DNA of 63,704 bases, counting the filler, from Chiloscyllium plagiosum (taxonomy: Eukaryota), in assembly GCF_004010195.1 (NCBI RefSeq). It is 5 parts of one record of this genome, joined end to end, with 100 filler letters (N's around TTAATTAATTAA, not from the genome) between each part and the next. Parts side by side here need not be neighbours in the genome. Positions count along the whole stretch, not along the records: positions 36,452 to 49,287 come from NC_057717.1; positions 49,388 to 60,995 come from NC_057717.1; 3 more parts are not named here. One strand, 5' to 3'. A model generated the notes under the pieces. The model was not told the origin of the DNA, made no database searches, and worked only from the letters and a program-made list of their open reading frames with translations. The translations under genes were made by a program, and so were the position numbers. This document shows, one piece after another, positions 38,210 to 49,900 of this stretch (positions within the stretch are counted from its first letter, which is position 1; every line of letters starts with the position of its first letter).

Positions 38210-38990
38210 AGACAATGTTCTAGCATGGGAAGGATTTCAGGTGGGAAAGAGCCTGATCATACTGTGTTAAGGAGCCTGATGGCTTGGGAGAAGGAACTGT
38301 CACACAGTCTGGCCGTGAGAGACCGTATGCTCTCCAGGTGGCAGGAGGGAGAAGGGTTTGAGCGAGGGGAGTGGGGAGTCTCTCACAATGCTGCTCGCCT
38401 TGCTGATGCTGCGTGCGGTGTAAAGGTCTGTAATGGAGGGGAGGGAGACCCCCCCCCAAACGATCTTCTCCACTGCCCTCACCATCCACTGTCGATCGAA
38501 GACAGTGCAATTCCTAAACCAGGCAGTGATGCAGTAGCTCAGGGCACTCTCAACGAGCCCTCTGGAGAATGTGGCGAGGATCGTGGGGAGGCGGTGGGCT
38601 TTCCTCGGCCTGCACCGAAAGTAATGAGGGTGCCGGGCTTTCTTGGCACTGGAGCTGGTCTTCAGGGTGCAGGTGAGATTCTCCACCCAGGTGGGCACCA
38701 AGAAATGTGGTGCTGTTCACGACCTCCACCCGGGGGGAGCCATCGATGTCCAGCGAAGAGGGCTCGCTCCATGTTCTGCTGAAGTCAACGTCTCTCTCTC
38801 TCTCTCTCTCTCATCTCGTCCATTTTCAGAGAGTCTGCACCAGTCCGCCAGCTGCTGCACCTCCTCTCTGTATGCCGACTCGTCCCTCCTGCTGATCAGA
38901 CCCTCTACAGTCGTGTCAGCAGGGTGAACCCTAGTGGACTGAACACCCAGCCCTTGGGGAGCCCCCGTGCTCAGTGTGATGGTGTTGGAG
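38210..38990 (-). mobile_element. Rex1/Babar-type LINE fragment
   Basis: TGAPQG-like start (ctgagcacgggggctcccca) and KKARHPHYFR..ILATFSRGLVESALSYCITAWFRNC. Confidence 0.8.
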
Positions 38991-39311
38991 ATGGATTTGA
39001 TTCTCTCTTACTATCTATAAATCTCTTGATATTGCATAAACCTGTATCACTCTCTATGACAGGCTAAGAGAGTGGTGGTTGATTGGAAATGTTCATCCTT
39101 GAGTTCAGTTACTAGTCATGTACCGCAAGCCTATCTCAGACTCTGACTCGATGCTGTGACTCACTCTGACTCGAAGATACTCTATGGCTTTATGTCTGCC
39201 TATGACTTTATAACTGTTTGTGGCTCTCTATGACTCAGTCTGACTCTGTGCCTCTCAATGAACCTACGACTCTCTGAATTTACTTCTCTATGGCTCTCTA
39301 ATACTCTGACT

Positions 39312-39690
39312 GATTTATAAAATCTTGAGAGGCATGGATAGGATAGACAATGTCTTTTTCCCTGGGATCGGGGAGTCCAGAACTAGAGGGCAAAGGTTTA
39401 GGGTGAGAGGGGAAAGATATAAAAGAGACCGAAGGGGCCACATTTTCACGCAGAGGGTGGTACGTGTATGGAATGAGCTGCCAGAGGATGTGGTGGAGGC
39501 TGGTACAATTGCAACATTTAAGAGGCATTTGGATGGGTATATGAATAGGAAGGGTTTGGAGGGATGTGGGCCGGGTGCTGGCAGGTGGGACTAGATTGGG
39601 TTGGGATATCTGGTCGGCATGGACGGGTTGGACCGAAGGGTCTGTTTCCGCCCTGTACATCTCTACGATTCTATGACTCTATGTCTCTAT
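39312..39690 (+). mobile_element. Young CR1 3' fragment
   Basis: RGMDR..SRTRGQRFRVRGERY..FTQRVVRVWNELPE with a (ctatgact) tail. Confidence 0.9.
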
Positions 39691-39819
39691 GACTCTCAAT
39701 GACTATGATTCTCATCTGTTATCACTCGATGTCTCCTTATAAATTTCTATGCTGCTATGACCCTTTAACATTCTATGAATATCTAAGACGGTATGACTGA
39801 ATAACTCACATAACTAGCT

Positions 39820-40885
39820 ATGAGGGTAAAGGCGGTTGATGTGGTGTATATGGATTTCAGTAAATTGTTTGACAAGGTTCCCCATGGGAGACTACTACAC
39901 AAAATACAGAGGCATGGGATTAAGGGTGATTTAACGGTTTGGATCAGAAATTGGCTAGCTGAAAGGAGACAGAGAGTGGTGGTTGATTGGAAATGTTCAT
40001 CCTTGAGTTCAGTTACGAGTCATGTACCGCAAGGATCTGTTTTGGGTCCACTGCTGTTTTGTCATTTCTATAAATGACCTAGATGAGGGCGTAGGAGGAT
40101 GGTTAGTAAATTTTGCGGATGAAACTAAGATCAGTACAGTTGTGGATAATGCTGAAGGATGTTGTAGGGTACAGACGGACATAGATAAGTTGCAGAGCTG
40201 GGCTGAGAGGTGGCAAATGGAGTTTAATGTGGGAAAGGGTGAGGCGATTCACTTTGGAAGGAGTACTGGGTGAATGGTAAGATTCGTGGTAGTGTAGATG
40301 AGCAGAGAGAACTTGGTGTCCCTGTACATAGATCCCTCAAAGTTGCCACCAAGGTTTTTAGGGTTGTTAAGAAGGCATACAGTGTGTTAGTTTTTATTGG
40401 TAGAGGGACTGAGTTTCGGAACCATGAGGTCATGCTGCAGCTCTACAAAACTCTGGTGTGGCCGCACTTGGAGTATTGTGCACAGTTCTGGTCACCGCAT
40501 TATAGGAAGCTTGCGGAAGCTTTGGAATGAGTTCAGACAAGATTTACTAGGATATTGCCTGGTATGGAAGGAAGGTCTGATGAGGAAAGGCTGAGGGACC
40601 TGAGGTTCTTTTTGTTAGAGAGAAGCAGGTTGAGAGGTGACTTAATTGAGACAGATAAGATAATCAGAGGGTTAGATAGGGTGGATAGTGAGAGCCTTTT
40701 TCCTCAAGTGGTGATGGCTAGCACGAGGGCACATAGCTTTAAATTGAGGGCAGATGTCAGAGGGTAGACATCTGTACCCTCACCAACTTTAAGGCAGTCG
40801 AGATAGGCATCAGATTGATTCCACAGGTCGGCGCAACATTGGGGGCCGAAGGGCCTGTACTGCTCTGTCATGTTCCAAGTTCTAT
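39820..40885 (+). mobile_element. 5'-truncated CR1 (RT and 3' UTR)
   Basis: [44 protein letters not shown]. Confidence 0.92.
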
Positions 40886-41416
40886 TGCTCTCTTGAATCC
40901 CTTGACTGTCTATGAATCAAAAGCTGTCTCAGCACCTCTCTGTAATCCTCTAACTCTGTATATCATTGCCTGTGACTGTCCGTGATTCTAACATTCGCTA
41001 ATACTCATGCCCCTGTGATGATAAAAATCACTGTGTTTATACCTCTCTTCAAGACTTATGACTCTCTCATCAAGTTTGTCTACATTTCAAGATGGAGCTG
41101 ACACCACACAACACTTTGCAAACTCTCTTGCACAGATCTGAATTTGCACTTCTTATAAGTGTTATCATCGCATGCTTCCCTCTGGCTAATGACCCCATGT
41201 ATGGATGTCCTTGTTTGCTCTATCTGCCTGCACTGCTCGCAACACAAAACTTTTTCACTGTATTTAGGTACACGTGACTTACAATAAATCAATTCTCTGT
41301 CACTTCGTGAGTCTATAAGTCTCTTTAAATGGATTTGTGAGTCTCTGTAAATCTCCGACTCAGTAAGACTCGATAATTCTGACAGCAATACCTTCAATGG
41401 CCCGATGACTCTCCCT

Positions 41417-41685
41417 AGGTTAGATTACTTACAGTGTGGAAACAGACCCTTCGACCCAACAAGTCCACACTGACCCTCCGAAGAGCAACCCACCCATTTA
41501 CCCCTTCAACTAGCATTGCGGGCAATTTTGCGTGGTCAATTCACCTAACCTGCACATTTTTTGGACTGTGGGAGGAAACTGGAGCACCCAAAGGAAACCC
41601 ACGCAGACAGTTGCCTGAGGCGGGAATTGAACCTGGGTCTCTGGCGCTGTGAGGCAGCAGTGCTAACCACTGTGCCACTGCGCCA
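41417..41685 (-). mobile_element. V-SINE (HE1-like), internally deleted
   Basis: Same head and tail as the other copies. Confidence 0.88.
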
Positions 41686-42865
41686 CAGACCGCTGTGATT
41701 TCATGGGTCTCTTTGATACCGTGTTGGTCTGTCTGATTCCCCGGCTATATTACTCTCTACCATTCCCAACGACTCTGCGACTCTCCCTGACTCTCTCCAA
41801 GTCTATGACTCTCTGAAAATCTGACTTTAGTACACTGTGACTGTGTGACTTGATGACTCGCATTGACTCTATCGATCTTTAGGACTCTTTCTGAGTCTGC
41901 TTGACATGATCCTTCCTTATTTATGACTCCCTGACTCGTAATTACGATCATTCTCTCTGACACTCTCTGAATCTCTGCCTTTCTGCCTCTCGATGACTCT
42001 CTGTGATTCTCTACGACACAACAAATTTCTATGACCTTCCTTGACTGTCCCTTACACTCTATAATCTCTATGTCTGCGTGACTCAATTAATGTATGGATC
42101 GTCTAAGAGTCTCGATGACTCGATAAAACTCTATGACTCTCAATAAACCAGCCAGTCTCTGTGACTGCCTATACGCAGACCTATGATTCTCTTTCAGGGT
42201 CCCTGATTCTCTGACACTCAATGTGACTATGAGGAAGGAAATGAGCCTTGCCGCTCTATTATGCCTTATTATTCTCTATCACCCTCTACAATTCCATAAC
42301 TCCGTATGATTCTGCAATTGCAGATGCTTTATGGCTCGATAACTCTCTTTCAATCTATGACTCTATGAGTCTTCTATTCTCTATAATTTGATGACTATTA
42401 TCGCCTATGCCTCCTTATGAACTAATGAGACTCTATGGTTCTCTCTGGCTGCACAGCACCCTTTGGTACTCTCTTGCACTGTTTGACATCCTTTGACTCT
42501 GTGATTGTCTAAGACTCGCAATGACCTTTCATAATTTCCTATCACTCTGTGAATCTCTATGACTCCAAGATTCATAATGACTCCTAAGTCTGTCCACTAT
42601 GTGTCTCTATGGCGTTCTATGAATATCTATGACTCTCCATGGGGCTGTCATAACTCACTGTGATTCTCGATTACTCTCCATGACTGTCTCAGGGGCTTTG
42701 TGATTCTCTCGGACTCTGTGACTCTCTGTCACACTCTCTGACTCTCTGACACTCTGTGACTACAAAGCCCTCTATGAAGCCGTGATTCTCCGAGACACTA
42801 TGACTCTCTGTGCCTCCTTCTGCTTGTCTGAGTCTGAGACTCTCTCGAAAAAATGGAGACTCTCA

Positions 42866-43075
42866 AGCACGGTGTTTCAATGCATTATCACTAGAACCTC
42901 ACAGCATTTGATTCCAGCCTCGGCTGTGTGGAGTTTGCACATCCTCTCCGTGCCCGTTTGGGTTTCTTCTGGGTGCTCCGGTTTCCATCCACAGTCCAAA
43001 GATGTGCTAGTTAGCTGGATTAGCCATGCCAAATTACCCATAGTGCTTGGGGATGGGCAGACTAGATGGTTTAGT
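42866..43075 (+). mobile_element. Decayed V-SINE
   Basis: V core tgtgtggagtttgcacatcctctccgtg..tccaaagatgtgc. Confidence 0.82.
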
Positions 43076-43477
43076 CATTTGTGTCTCTATAATTCTTAAT
43101 GACACCATAATCCTCTCAGACACAGGAAAATTTTCTATGACTCTATGGTTCTCTGTGAACCGATGGCTCTGTGCTTTTCTATGAATTGATACATCCTTCT
43201 CAGACTCTCTAAGACTCCCTCAGACCCGCTATGATGCTTTATACCTCTATTATGTCCTAATACTCTCTATGAAATTCTCTCTCTATGACATTCTATGACT
43301 ATGCAGGAGTTTATGTATTCCTTATATTCCTTAAGGTCCTCTCTATGACCTGATCACTCCCAGGACTCTATGATTCTCAATAATTCTATGATAATAAATG
43401 CCACTGTGAACTTATCTCTCTTTGACACTCTAAGACTTCATAACTTTTTGCGACTGTCTGACTTGATGACTGCATGA

Positions 43478-44095
43478 CTTAGAGTCGTGTTGATGTACAG
43501 CACGGCAACAGACCCAACCCAATCTAGTCCCACTTGCCAGCACCTGACTCATATCTCTCCAAACCCTTTCTATTCATATACCCATCCAGATGCCTTTTAA
43601 ATGTTGCAATTGTACCAGCCTCCACCACTTCCTCTGGCAGCTCATTCCATATACGTACCACCCTCTGCGTGAAAAAGTTGTCCCATAGGTCTCTTTTATA
43701 TCTTTCCCCTCTCTCCCTAAACCTATTCCCTCTAGTTCTGGACTCCCCCACCCCAGGGAAAATATTTTGTTTATTCATCCTATCCGTGCCCCTCATGATT
43801 TTATAAGGTCACTCCTCAGCCTCCAATGCTCCAGGGAAAACAGTCACAGCCTGTTCAGCCTCTCCCTGTAGCTCAAATCCTCCAACCCTGGCAACATCCT
43901 TGTAAATCTTTTTCTGAACCCTTTCAAGTTTCACAACATCCTTCTGATAGGAAGGAGACCAGAATTGCACACAAAATTCCAACAGTTGTCTAACCAATGT
44001 CTTGTACAGTCACAACATGACCTCCCAATGCCTGTACTCAATACTCTGACCAATAAAGGAAAGCATACTTAACGTCTTCTTCACTATCCTATTGA
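43478..44095 (-). mobile_element. CR1 3' fragment
   Basis: LEFCVQFWSP..KLERVQK and RGTDRMN..FFTQRVVRIWNELPEE. Confidence 0.9.
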
Positions 44096-44809
44096 CATTA
44101 CATTACATATACCATCACGCTTTATCACTCACGAGGATTCTATGACTGTCTATGATTTTCTTTGATTCTTTATGACCCGCTGACTCCATATGAGTCTCTG
44201 AATCTCTATGACCCTCTCCTGTTTCTGCTACTTGTAATGAATCTCTGACTCCACAAGACTATGAACCAATGACAGTCTAAGACTGGTGATGACTCTCTCT
44301 GACTCTATGACTCTCTACGATTGTCCATAACAGTAAGAGTCACTGACACACCATGATTTGATGATTCTCTGAATCACTGTGAGTTTATGATTCTGTGATT
44401 TTCTATCATTCTCTGTGACTCTCTACGACTGCATGACATTCTTTGAGATCCTATGAAGCTCTACACTCTCTTTGACGCCACGACTCTCAATTACGCTATG
44501 ACTCCATGACTCTTATCACTCAACGTCTCTCTATGACTTTCTGACCCTCTACGAACCTAAGACTCTCTTCGAGTCTCTATGCTGATGATGAATCTCTGTG
44601 ATTTTTAAGGATTCTGTGAATCAATTACTCTTGATGGATCAATGTCACTCTGTGATTGTCTTTTAACCTATAATATTCTATGACCCGAAGAGTATCGATA
44701 ACTCTCCGTGATTCCATGACGCTGTTCAATATTCTATTGCTCTAGAGCGCTCTCTGACCATTTGAATCTCAATAACACTCTGTGATTCCATGACCATTTT
44801 ATGATACTA

Positions 44810-45897
44810 TGTTACTCGTCTGGACGGGTAGAGATTTCGTAAGACTGTTGAAAAGTTAATAATGTTTGTCTGGCACAGCAAAAAGTGTTCTGAACAAGTT
44901 AATAGCGTAACATTTGGTCGAAACAGCGAGAGTAGCTGGGTTAGTGTGAGACCAAAAAAAAACCAATTCAAATTCAGCCAATCAGTTTTAATTATGCCCC
45001 AACTCTGAACAGGTTTGAATTCGGTATTTTGATATTATCAGATGTTTTGGGGTATAAAACCAGACACTTTTGAACAGTTGAGGGTGAACTGTGAAGCCAG
45101 CAGAACAGCTCTCCAAACGTGACCTGGATATAAAATTAGAACTATCTTGAGATTGAGGGGAGACCTGATCACGAAGGGTACCGAGAGGGTAGATAGAGAT
45201 AAGCTTTTTTCCCAGTGTGAGGGATTCAATAAAGAGAGGTCATGCAATCAAGGTGAGAGGTGAAAAGTTTAAGGGGGAACACACAAAGTAATTACTTTGC
45301 ACAGAGGGTGGGAAGTGCCCGGAATGGATTGCCAGCAGTGGTAGTAGAGGCAGGCACGGTAGATTCATTTAAGGTGCGTCTGGACAGATGCATGAGTAGG
45401 TGGGGAGCAGAGGGATGCAGATGCCCAGGAATTGGGCGACAGGTTAAGACAGTGGATGTGGATCGGCACAGGCTTGGAGGGCTGAAGGGCCTGTTCCTGG
45501 GCAATAAATATTCTTTGCTCTCATTGTTCTTTATTCTATAAGAAATCTGCGCAGCAGAACATTGAAAAGATGAGGCAGGAAAATCTATAGAGGAAGATAC
45601 AAAGACAGCATTCAACAGCTGACTGCTTTTGAAAGTTGAATGGTTTTTTTTGTAACTCTTTAATTGGACTGGGAGTGGGCAGGTACAAGATAGGTTAAAG
45701 AGGAAGGAGTTGTAAATAGTTGTTGGTTTTAATATTCTCTGTTGGACTTAAAGAATAAAGTTGTTAACTTTTTATTTTAAATATTTACCTCTGGGTAAGT
45801 CTTTCCCTTTTGAATTTTAACAGATTACAGCCCCAGGTGAATCTTTTCATGTGCTGCTGGTTTAAATTAGTGGAGAAGTTTACCCGGTATCACAACA
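44810..45897 (+). mobile_element. Probable solo LTR interrupted by a CR1 3' fragment (~45150-45535)
   Basis: TGTT...AACA termini, TATAAAA at ~45054 and AATAAA at ~45754; sharply different from the surrounding satellite. No clear TSD. Confidence 0.5.
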
Positions 45898-45921
45898 ATT
45901 TCTAGATGACTCTCTATGATT

Positions 45922-46237
45922 GATTAGATTGGATTACATTACAGTGTGGAAACAGGCCCTTCGGCCCAACAAGTCCACACCGACCCGCCGAAGCGTCACC
46001 CACCCATACCCCTACATTTACCCTTTACCTAACGCTACGGGCAACTTAGCATGGCCAATTCACCTGACCTTGCACATCTTTGGACTGTGGGAGGAAACCG
46101 GAGCACCCGGAGGAAACCTACGCAGACACGGGGAGAATGTGCAAACTCCACACAGTCAGTCGCCTGAGGTGGGAATTGAACCCGGGTCTCTGGCGCTGTG
46201 AGGCAGCAGTGCTAACCACTGCGCCACTGTGCCGCCC
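45922..46237 (-). mobile_element. Full-length V-SINE (HE1-like)
   Basis: Complete tRNA head (gggcggcacagtggcgcagtggttagcac..gggttcaattccc), V core and tail. Confidence 0.93.
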
Positions 46238-46816
46238 ACCGTGCCGTGCACGCCTGTCTGGGACTTCAATAACTCTGTGAGACTCTGTGAGCACGTGATT
46301 CAATCATGCTCGTCTTCCTCGAACTCTCGATGATTCCACAACCCTCTCAGACTCTCCTGTGACATGTGACTCTCTCCCCGCATCCAGAAGCCTGTGACAA
46401 TGAGATTCTGTTGCACTCCATGTCTCTGGATTTCTCAATGGCTCCACAGCTCTCAGAGACACTCTGTGACATTCTCGAATTTGTGAATCTCTCTCGGGAG
46501 CCTGTCACTCCCTACAATCTCTGTACTCTCTATGCATTCATAATCGTCTATAAGTCGTGGTGAATCTGAGACTCTAACTCCATGACTCATGATGATTTTT
46601 AATCTTTATGATTCTCTGTAGATCCCTCCGACTCAATAAATCTCACTATTACTCACCTACTTTATAAGCTACTGCCTAGCAATAGCTCTTGATGACACTC
46701 CATGATGCTATGATTGTCAATGACTCTGACTCTATGGATTTCTAACTGCCCATGACTCGATGACTGCCTGCCTCTCCATGACTCTCTATGATTCTCTAAT
46801 ACACTCGATGATTAGC

Positions 46817-47561
46817 GGGTTCTGAGAAGATTTGTAGCTCAGGTTGAGGCTTTGGATGTAGGTTTGCTCGCTGAGCTGGAAGGTTCATTTCCAGACGTTT
46901 CGTTACCCTTGCTAGGTAACATCTTCAGTGGACTTCATGTGAAGCAATGCTGAAACTTCCTGCTTTCTATTTATATGTTTGGGCATCAAACTAGCCCACA
47001 AACCCACCAACATACTAAAACAGCAGCTCATGAACTTGAAAGACCCTATACAGACAATGAGCAAAACTAACGTCTTTTACAAAATACCATGCAAGGACTG
47101 TAACAAACACTACATTGGACAAACAGGCAGAAAACTAGCCACCAGGATACATGAACACCAACTAGCCACAAAAAGACATAGCCACTAGTATCCTCTCATA
47201 CGGATGAGGAAGGACACCACTTCAGCTGGGAAAGCACATCCATCCTAGGATAAGTCAAACAAAGACACGCACGAGAATTCCTAGAAGCATGACCTTTCCA
47301 ACTGGAACTCTATCAAGAAACACATCGAGTTAGACCCCCATCTACCACTCCCTGAGAAAAGGAAAACGAAGTGACTTCACCACAGGAAATAACATCACCA
47401 AAGGAAATGACATCACCAACCGAAAGAAACCCAAACATATAAATAGAAAGCGGGAAGTTTCAGCATTGCTTCGCCTGAGGTCCACTGAAGATGTTACCTA
47501 GTAAGGTAATGAAACATCTAGAAATGAACCTTGCAGCTCAGCGAGCAAACCTACATCCAAA
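46817..47561 (+). mobile_element. 5'-truncated Penelope/Poseidon-type PLE: GIY-YIG endonuclease flanked by inverted pLTRs
   Basis: NVFYKIPCKDCNKHYIGQTGRKLATRIHEH. 46851-46983 is the reverse complement of 47430-47561. Confidence 0.9.
46890..46932 (-). ncRNA. Minimal type I hammerhead ribozyme motif (core intact)
   Basis: Minus strand: UCCA-CUGAAGA-U-GUUACC(UAGCAAG)GGUAAC-GAAA-CG-UC-UGGA. Stem I is 4 bp, stem II is 6 bp, stem III is palindromic ACGU, triplet is GUC. Confidence 0.8.
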
Positions 47562-47799
47562 ACACTTTCTGATTCCCTCTGACTCTCTGTGACTCAACGT
47601 GTTTGTGACCCAATGATGCTACCATACTTTCTGATTCCAAGACTTCCCATCACTCTAAGAGTATTAAGCTCGATCACGCCCTGTACCACATTAGAATTTT
47701 CCATGATGCTCTGTCATACTGTACAACACTATCACTTTCAAAGAGTCTGCAATTTGATGACTCTCCATGATGCTACATCTCTCTTTCACTCAATGGCCA

Positions 47800-48280
47800 G
47801 AAAATGTTCTATTCCAGTACCTGGATGCACCTACAAGAGAAGGTGCAAAACCTGACCTTCTCTTGGCAAATAAGGCAGGGCTGGTGACTGAGGTGTCAGT
47901 GGGAGAGCACTTTGGGGCCAGCGACCATAATTCTATTAGATTTAAAGTAGTAATGGGAAAGGAGCGGCTCTAAGAGTTGACGTTCTAAATTGGAGGAAGG
48001 ACAATTTTGACGGTATTATGGAAGAGCGTTCAAAGGCTGATGGGGGTCGGGGCAGATGTTCGCAGGTAGAGGATTGGCTGGAAAATAAGAGGCCTTCAGA
48101 AATGAGATAACAAGAGTGCAGAGTCAGTATATTACTGTTAGGGTGAAAGGAATGGCTGGTAGGTGTAGGATGAGAAATTGAGGGTTTGGTTAAGAATAGG
48201 AAGGGAGCATATGTCAGGTATAGATAGGATAGATTGAGTGAATCCTCCGAAGAGTATAAAGGCAGTAGGAATATACTTAA
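47800..48280 (+). mobile_element. CR1 ORF2 fragment
   Basis: PTREGAKPDLLLAN..VGEHFGASDHNSI. Confidence 0.85.
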
Positions 48281-48443
48281 ATAGAACATAGAACATTACA
48301 GCGCAGTACAGGCCCTTCGGCCCTCGATGTTGCGCCGACCTGTCATACCAATCTGAAGCCCATCTAACCTACATTATTCCGTGTACGTCCATATGCTTGT
48401 CCAATGACAACTTAAATGTACTTAAAGTTGGCGAATCTACTAC
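48281..48443 (-). mobile_element. CR1 3' UTR fragment (antisense)
   Basis: atagaacatagaacattacagcgcagtacaggcccttcgg matches the reverse complement of the tail at ~54085-54137. Confidence 0.85.
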
Positions 48444-49287
48444 CTGGAATGTCAAGGGGAGTAATTCGCCAGTCAAAAGGAAGAAAATATTATCAAATCT
48501 TAAGAAGGAAAGAGTTGATATAGCTCTCCTACAGGAGACACACCTGTCAGATAAAGAACACTTGAAATTACGACAGGGCGGATTTGATCAGGCCTTTTTT
48601 TCTTCTTTTAGCTCAAAAAGCAGGGGAGTTGTTATTCTTGTTCGGAAGAATTTCCCTTTCAAAATCCTAAAGCAGATAAAAGACGAATCTGGACGATATA
48701 TCTTGATTAAAGCCCTCATAAATGGAGAGGAATATGGGATTTTAAATTTGTACTGCCCCCCGGCACACCCCTTTAAATTTATAACAGAAGCCTTCTCAAA
48801 ATTGATGGCTTTTAATGCCCGTCATATAATTATAGGGGGAGACTTTAATTGTACTATGGATCCAGAAATAGATAGGATTCCCAAGAGTACTGCAGGAGTA
48901 CCTCCCAGATCTAGACAATTGATGGAACTGAACAAAGAATTAGGATTAGTAGATGTATGGAGATGTCTTCATCCACAGGGTAGAGATTTTTCTTTCTACT
49001 CTAATCCACATAAATGTCATACCAGAATTGATATGTTTTTTGCCCCCTCAATTTTTTTAAATTCCATATCATCCTGTAAAATAGGTAATATAGCAATTTC
49101 TGACCACGCTGCTGTATATATGGAAACTAAGGCGAGGAACAGTGGGACATCCCCTCGGCATTGGCGTATGGACCCCTTCTTAATGAAAGATAGTAAATTT
49201 GTAAAGTACTTCTCTCAAGAATTTAAAACTTTTTTAGAAATTAATTCAGGTACAGCTAGCAACCCGTCAATGATGTGGGAGACCAAC
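48441..49287 (+). mobile_element. L1-clade LINE ORF2 AP-endonuclease, uninterrupted to gap
   Basis: TWNVKG, LLQETHL, LNLYCP, IIGGDFN, LVDVWR, TRIDMF, ISDHAAV, WRMDP. No stops over ~280 codons. Confidence 0.93.
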
Positions 49288-49539
49288 NNNNNNNNNNNNN
49301 NNNNNNNNNNNNNNNNNNNNNNNNNNNNNNNTTAATTAATTAANNNNNNNNNNNNNNNNNNNNNNNNNNNNNNNNNNNNNNNNNNNNGAGGATAAATTAG
49401 AGACAGGAGTATTTCCTTAACTTTCCAAAGCGGCAAAGTAATGGAGGATAATCAGTTAAATTTAATCTGTAATTTTAACTTTGGCAGGCTTAATAAATTA
49501 CATTTAAAAAATCCTCAATAACAGTGACCATCAAGTGTA

Positions 49540-49900
49540 CACTGAAGATTATTGAATAGGGCATCGTGGAGGTCGGTGTCCAGTGAACGTCCTTAGTGAT
49601 AGGTTAGGGTAGCTCTGCTCTTTGCGATTTTTATAAATGAGTTGGATGAGGTAGAAGAGAGGTGAGGTAGTATTTTGCCGATGACATGAAGGTTGGTGGA
49701 ATTGTCGCTCGTGTATTCGGCTGTTGTGGATTGCAATGGAACATTACGAGTTGGCAGATCTGGCTGATTTGTGGCAGATGGAGTTGAACCCGAACAAGTG
49801 TGAAGTCGTTCATATTGGAAGAGCGAATTTCAATGCAGAATACAGGGTTAAAGGATTCCTGAAAGTGTGGGGGAGCAGAGGAATCTTGGGTTATATTGGC
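49540..49900 (+). mobile_element. Decayed CR1 RT fragment
   Basis: FINELD..FADDMKVGG..WQMELNPNKCEVVH. Confidence 0.8.

Larger units (their letters stand above)
37070..47790. repeat. Long degenerate (CTATGACT)n-like array hosting nested TEs
   Basis: ctatgact/gactct/tgattct variants fill all inter-TE space from ~37.1 to ~47.8 kb on one strand. Confidence 0.85.

Noticed and set aside
38066..38782. 238-aa ORF
   Set aside because: Antisense read-through of a PLE mini-insert and a Rex1/Babar LINE.
46160..46237. tRNA-like sequences in SINE heads
   Set aside because: A/B boxes belong to V-SINEs; no full cloverleaf tRNA gene.
37070..47790. CRISPR-like repeat-spacer array
   Set aside because: No constant-length repeats or spacers; it is a degenerate eukaryotic simple repeat.
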